From Malacoraja senta (Eukaryota): a stretch of 64,000 nt of DNA. The translations under genes and the position numbers were made by a program. Below are positions 60,360 through 64,000 of this stretch, in pieces (positions within the stretch are counted from its first letter, which is position 1; every line of letters starts with the position of its first letter). Under the pieces are notes generated by a model, which saw nothing but the letters and a program-made list of their open reading frames with translations, had not been told where the DNA came from and did not search any database. The DNA lies in contig CM075978.1 in the NCBI GenBank assembly GCA_038087875.1, forward strand, positions 179,986,001 to 180,050,000. The letters are read 5' to 3'.

Positions 60360-61550
60360 AACTACAGAGGCGTGAGGGAGAACTGGCTAAAGGCGATTGG
60401 AAAGGGACCCTAGCGGGAATGACAGTGGAGCAGCAATGACACGACTTTCTGGGAGTAATTCGGAAGACACAGGATCTTTTCATCCCAAAGAGGAAGAAAT
60501 AAACTTCCTCTGTGGCAACCGTGGCTGACATAGAAAGTCAAAGACAGCATAAAAGTAAAAGTGAAGGCATTTAATATTTTAAAGAATAGCATGAAGCTGG
60601 AAGGTTGGGGAGCTTTTAAAAAACAACAGAAGGCTTTCCGACGGGCCGCGCGGCCAGAAGGTGTCCCGACCACCGGGAACGCGGCCGGAGGCCTTTATCG
60701 AAGCGCCGCGGTCGCGATGCCACCCGGATCGCCGCGTAGAAGCCCGGGTCGGGGCCTCGCGGATAGAAGTCCGGGTCGGACGAAGCGGCCAACGGAGCCC
60801 ACGGCTGGGGCCCGGATCGGCACCAGGGAGGCGTGAAGTGGGGCGTCGACAGTGGTGAGTCCTCGCGGTCGACGGTCGATGAAAGCGTGGTGGACCACAG
60901 TGAGGGGGGAGGGGGAAGAACAATGGATGACCCGGCGTGGGGGGGGGGGGCGCCGTGAGGGAGGAGGGAGGGAAACAAGGGACAATGTGGGTGGGGGGGG
61001 GGGGGAGGACACAGGGCAATGGGGACCCGACGTGGGGGAACTGATGGGAGGGGTGGGGGACAAAAGGGGGAGCCGGCGTGCTTTGTATCTTTGTCAGCGC
61101 CGTAGGTGTATGCAAGCAAAGAATCTCACTGCCTAGTCACATGTGACAATAAAGTTTTCCTATTCCTATTCCTAAAAAGTTAATAAAGGATTGTGCTTAG
61201 CATGATGAGAGCCCAGGTACTAGCATGGATAGATTGGCTGAAAGGCAGAAGGCAAAGAGTGCGAATAATTAGGGTTTTTTTCTGCTAGGCTGCCGATGAT
61301 TAGTGGTGTTCCACAGGGGTCGGTTGGAACCATTACTTTTCACATTGTATATTCATGATTTGGATGATGGAATTGATGGCTTTGTGGCCAAGTTTGCAGA
61401 TGATACAAAGATAGGTGGAAGGGCAAGTAGTGTAGATGAAGCAGGGAGTCTGCAGAAGGACTTTGACAGGTTGGGAGAATGGGCAAAGAAGTGGCAGATG
61501 GAATACAGCGAAGCAAAGTGAATGGTCATATAATTTGGTAGTAGGAATCA
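60360..61550 (+). mobile_element. CR1 fragments interrupted by a GC-rich non-autonomous repeat (about 60640-61175)
   Basis: CR1-like peptides on both sides; the insert ends gtgacaataaag(ttcct)n. Confidence 0.55.
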
Positions 61551-61859
61551 GTGCCGGATTTAGATGAAGAGAGGCCCTAGCTGTTCCACTTGTGAGCCCC
61601 CTCCCAATCCCCCACTCCCACGACTAGAGGAAGATGGAAGAGTCCATCAGATTGACACCGATTTGCAGCCGAGCGTGGCCAATGAGATAAGGGGCTGGAA
61701 AGCTGCGCTTTTTATTTATTTATTTATTGCCAGTGCTAGTGTTGAGTTATCGGCTTAAAACACTATTATTCTGAAATGGAGGGCAAGGAAAATTACTGGA
61801 GGGTTGTTTAGAGACTACAGTGCATTGTGACAGCATATGTAAGAAAGGCCTATGACAGT

Positions 61860-62680
61860 GTCAACAATATTATACACCTTGAACACCTGGTATTGTGTGG
61901 CGGTGCCTTGTGGCTGCGGCTCGCCTGCAGTCTGTCTGTCTTTTTTCTTTTTTTTTGTCTTGTTAGAGTATGATTTCGGTTTATTTTAGTTGTGTTTATG
62001 TGGGGGAGGGGGTTGGAGGGGGGTGGGGGAAACTTTATAACTTTTTAATCTCTTCCTTGAACGGAGACGCGACCTTTTCCTTGACGTGTCTCCGTTTCGC
62101 TGGGGCCTAACATTGTGGAGCTGGCGGCCTCCAACCTGAATCAACTTGAGGGCTCAAGTCGTAGAGCCTGCGGACTCATTTACCATCACGGAGCTGGCTC
62201 GGAGGCTGTGGTGGCTCGGCGGCTGCGACCTGACTGCGGAGCTTCGGAGGCTTCAGCCGTAGGCCCTGTAGATGGTAAAATCGGGAGCTTGCAAATGCCT
62301 GGTGGGAGACCGATTTTCGGGAGCTCCCGCAACGGTAACTTCACCCGCCCCGAATCGCGGGGTTTGAATTGGCCTGTTGTAGGGCCTTACATCGCTTGGT
62401 GCGGCTTAATCGGCCGCGGGACTTACCAACGCCCGCCGGGGGCTTTAACATCAAGAGCCTCGATTACCTCAACACGGAAGAAGAACAAAGAACAGGGAAG
62501 TGATAAGACTTTTGCCTTCCAACACAGTGAAGAGGTGTTTGGAGATTCCTGTGATGGATGGGTGTGTGAGTGTTAATGCTGTGTTATGTTTATTCTACTG
62601 TTATGACTGCAGGGAACGAAATTTCGTTCAGACCTCTGTTTGTTTGAATGACAATAAAGGCAATTTGTTTTGTATTTGTA
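61860..62680 (+). mobile_element. Non-autonomous LINE-related repeat
   Basis: Ends gaaatttcgtt...gaatgacaataaag, an L2/Rex-type tail. Confidence 0.45.
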
Positions 62681-63044
62681 TTGCAGGGCTCTCACTTAAC
62701 TTTTTTTCTCTGTTGTCAGCCGAGCAACCTTGGCAGCTTTTAAGGTTGCCAAATGACAGCTTAGGTGGTCATTTAAGACAGCTTGCATGACGCGTGCGAT
62801 AATGTGCTCGGACGAAGTGCTTAGTTACCAGCCGGAATTATGCTCAATGAAGCATTCACATATTATTTCTGCTTCAAATAAAGTCACAAATTAAACATAT
62901 TCACCAATCAAGGCATGATATATACCGCAATGACATGCAGCAAAATTATAATACAGTATCTCAACTCTTTTTACACGTTGCAATGAATGCAATTTCTATT
63001 ATTTCTTTCCACTTCCAAACAAAAATGTGGTTGGATTATTCAGC

Positions 63045-64000
63045 GTATGATCAACCTCGGTGAGACCGAGCGCAGGCTTGGCGATCGCTTCGCCAAACAC
63101 CCCCGTTCGGTTCGCAATAACCAACCTGATATCCCGGTGGCTCAGCACTTCAACTCCCCCTCCCATTCCGAATCCAACCTTTCTGTCCTGGGCCTCTTCC
63201 ATGGCCAGAGTGAGGCCCACCGTAAATTGGAGGAGCAGCACCTCTTATTACGCTTGGGCAGTTTACACCCCAGCGGTATGAACATTGACTTCTCCAATTT
63301 CAGGTAGTCCCTGCTTTCTCATCCCCTTCCCAGCTCTCCCTCAGCCCACTGTCTCCGCCTCTTCCTTTCTTCTTCCCGTACCCCCCACCCTCACATCAGT
63401 CTGAAGAAGGGTCTCGACCAGAAATGTCGCCTATTTCCTTCGCTCCATAGATGCTGCCTCACTCGCTGAGTTTCTCCAGCATTTTTGTCAACCGATTCAC
63501 ACAAGTTCTATTATCCCACTTTCCTCACCCACTCCCTACACATTAGGGGCAATTTTACAGAGACAAGTTAACCTACAAAGCCAAACCTACAGATAAATGG
63601 AAAATTGAACTAATTAAAACATCACTAAGTAGATTAACAAATAAAACACCAGCACTGAGACAGCTCCTCATACCAGCCCTTTGATCATGACTGCCATGGA
63701 CACTCACATGAACCCATATGCTATGCATACTCTTTTATTAGTTATGTCAAGTTGTCCTTGCACACAGGCACCATCCCCCAGCTCTTTCTCCACTACATTG
63801 ATAATTGCCTTGGAGCTGCCTCCTACATCCTTGCAGAACTTATTGATTTCATTCATTTTACCACTAACTTCTGCCCTGCCCTCACATTCACAGACTATCT
63901 CTGACACCTCTCTCCTCTTTCTTGATCTCTATCACAGGGGATAGACCATCGACTGACTTCTGCTATAAACCTCCTAACTCCTAGTGCTATCGGAACTGCA
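63045..64000 (+). mobile_element. Penelope fragments (GIY-YIG plus tail 63045-63490; RT fragment 63660-64000)
   Basis: LGETERRLGDRFAKH...EEQHLLLRLGSLHPSGMNIDFS; ISDTSLLFLDL. Confidence 0.8.

Noticed and set aside
60410-61136. Cluster of overlapping Pro/Gly/Arg-rich ORFs
   Set aside because: Arise from a GC-rich low-complexity repeat; no domain motifs.

Overview
Vertebrate genomic window, most likely a cartilaginous fish such as a skate or ray (inferred from the HE1-like SINE, CR1, Penelope, L2/Rex and Hero repeat complement). The host content is two divergently transcribed, spliced Ig-superfamily receptor genes about 39 kb apart, which the unspliced ORF track only partly shows. Both have the layout leader - V domain with a germline-joined J-like motif ([10 protein letters not shown]) - C1 domain - TM. 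Their V and C1 exons are 98-99% identical, but the signalling halves are opposite. Gene A (minus; exons 10164-10119, 9932-9612, 9082-8774, 6951-6856) has an Arg in the TM and no ITIM found, so it is activating-type. Gene B (plus; 8 exons, 49458-57368, 366 aa) has an uncharged TM and four tyrosine motifs (LTYSAV, TAYARV, LTYASV, TEYAAL), so it is inhibitory-type with a SIRPalpha-like tail, and it uses a GC-AG intron. Together they look like a paired activating/inhibitory non-rearranging VJ-C1 receptor system whose ectodomains are homogenised by gene conversion; relic L-V and C1 exons lie next to gene A. The interval between the genes is almost all retroelements: a DIRS element with complete termini, and a four-level nest (CR1 > tandem Hero > Gypsy > full-length L1, L2 and CR1). 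All gene models are manual predictions from splice signals and reading phase; no expression data or database searches were available.
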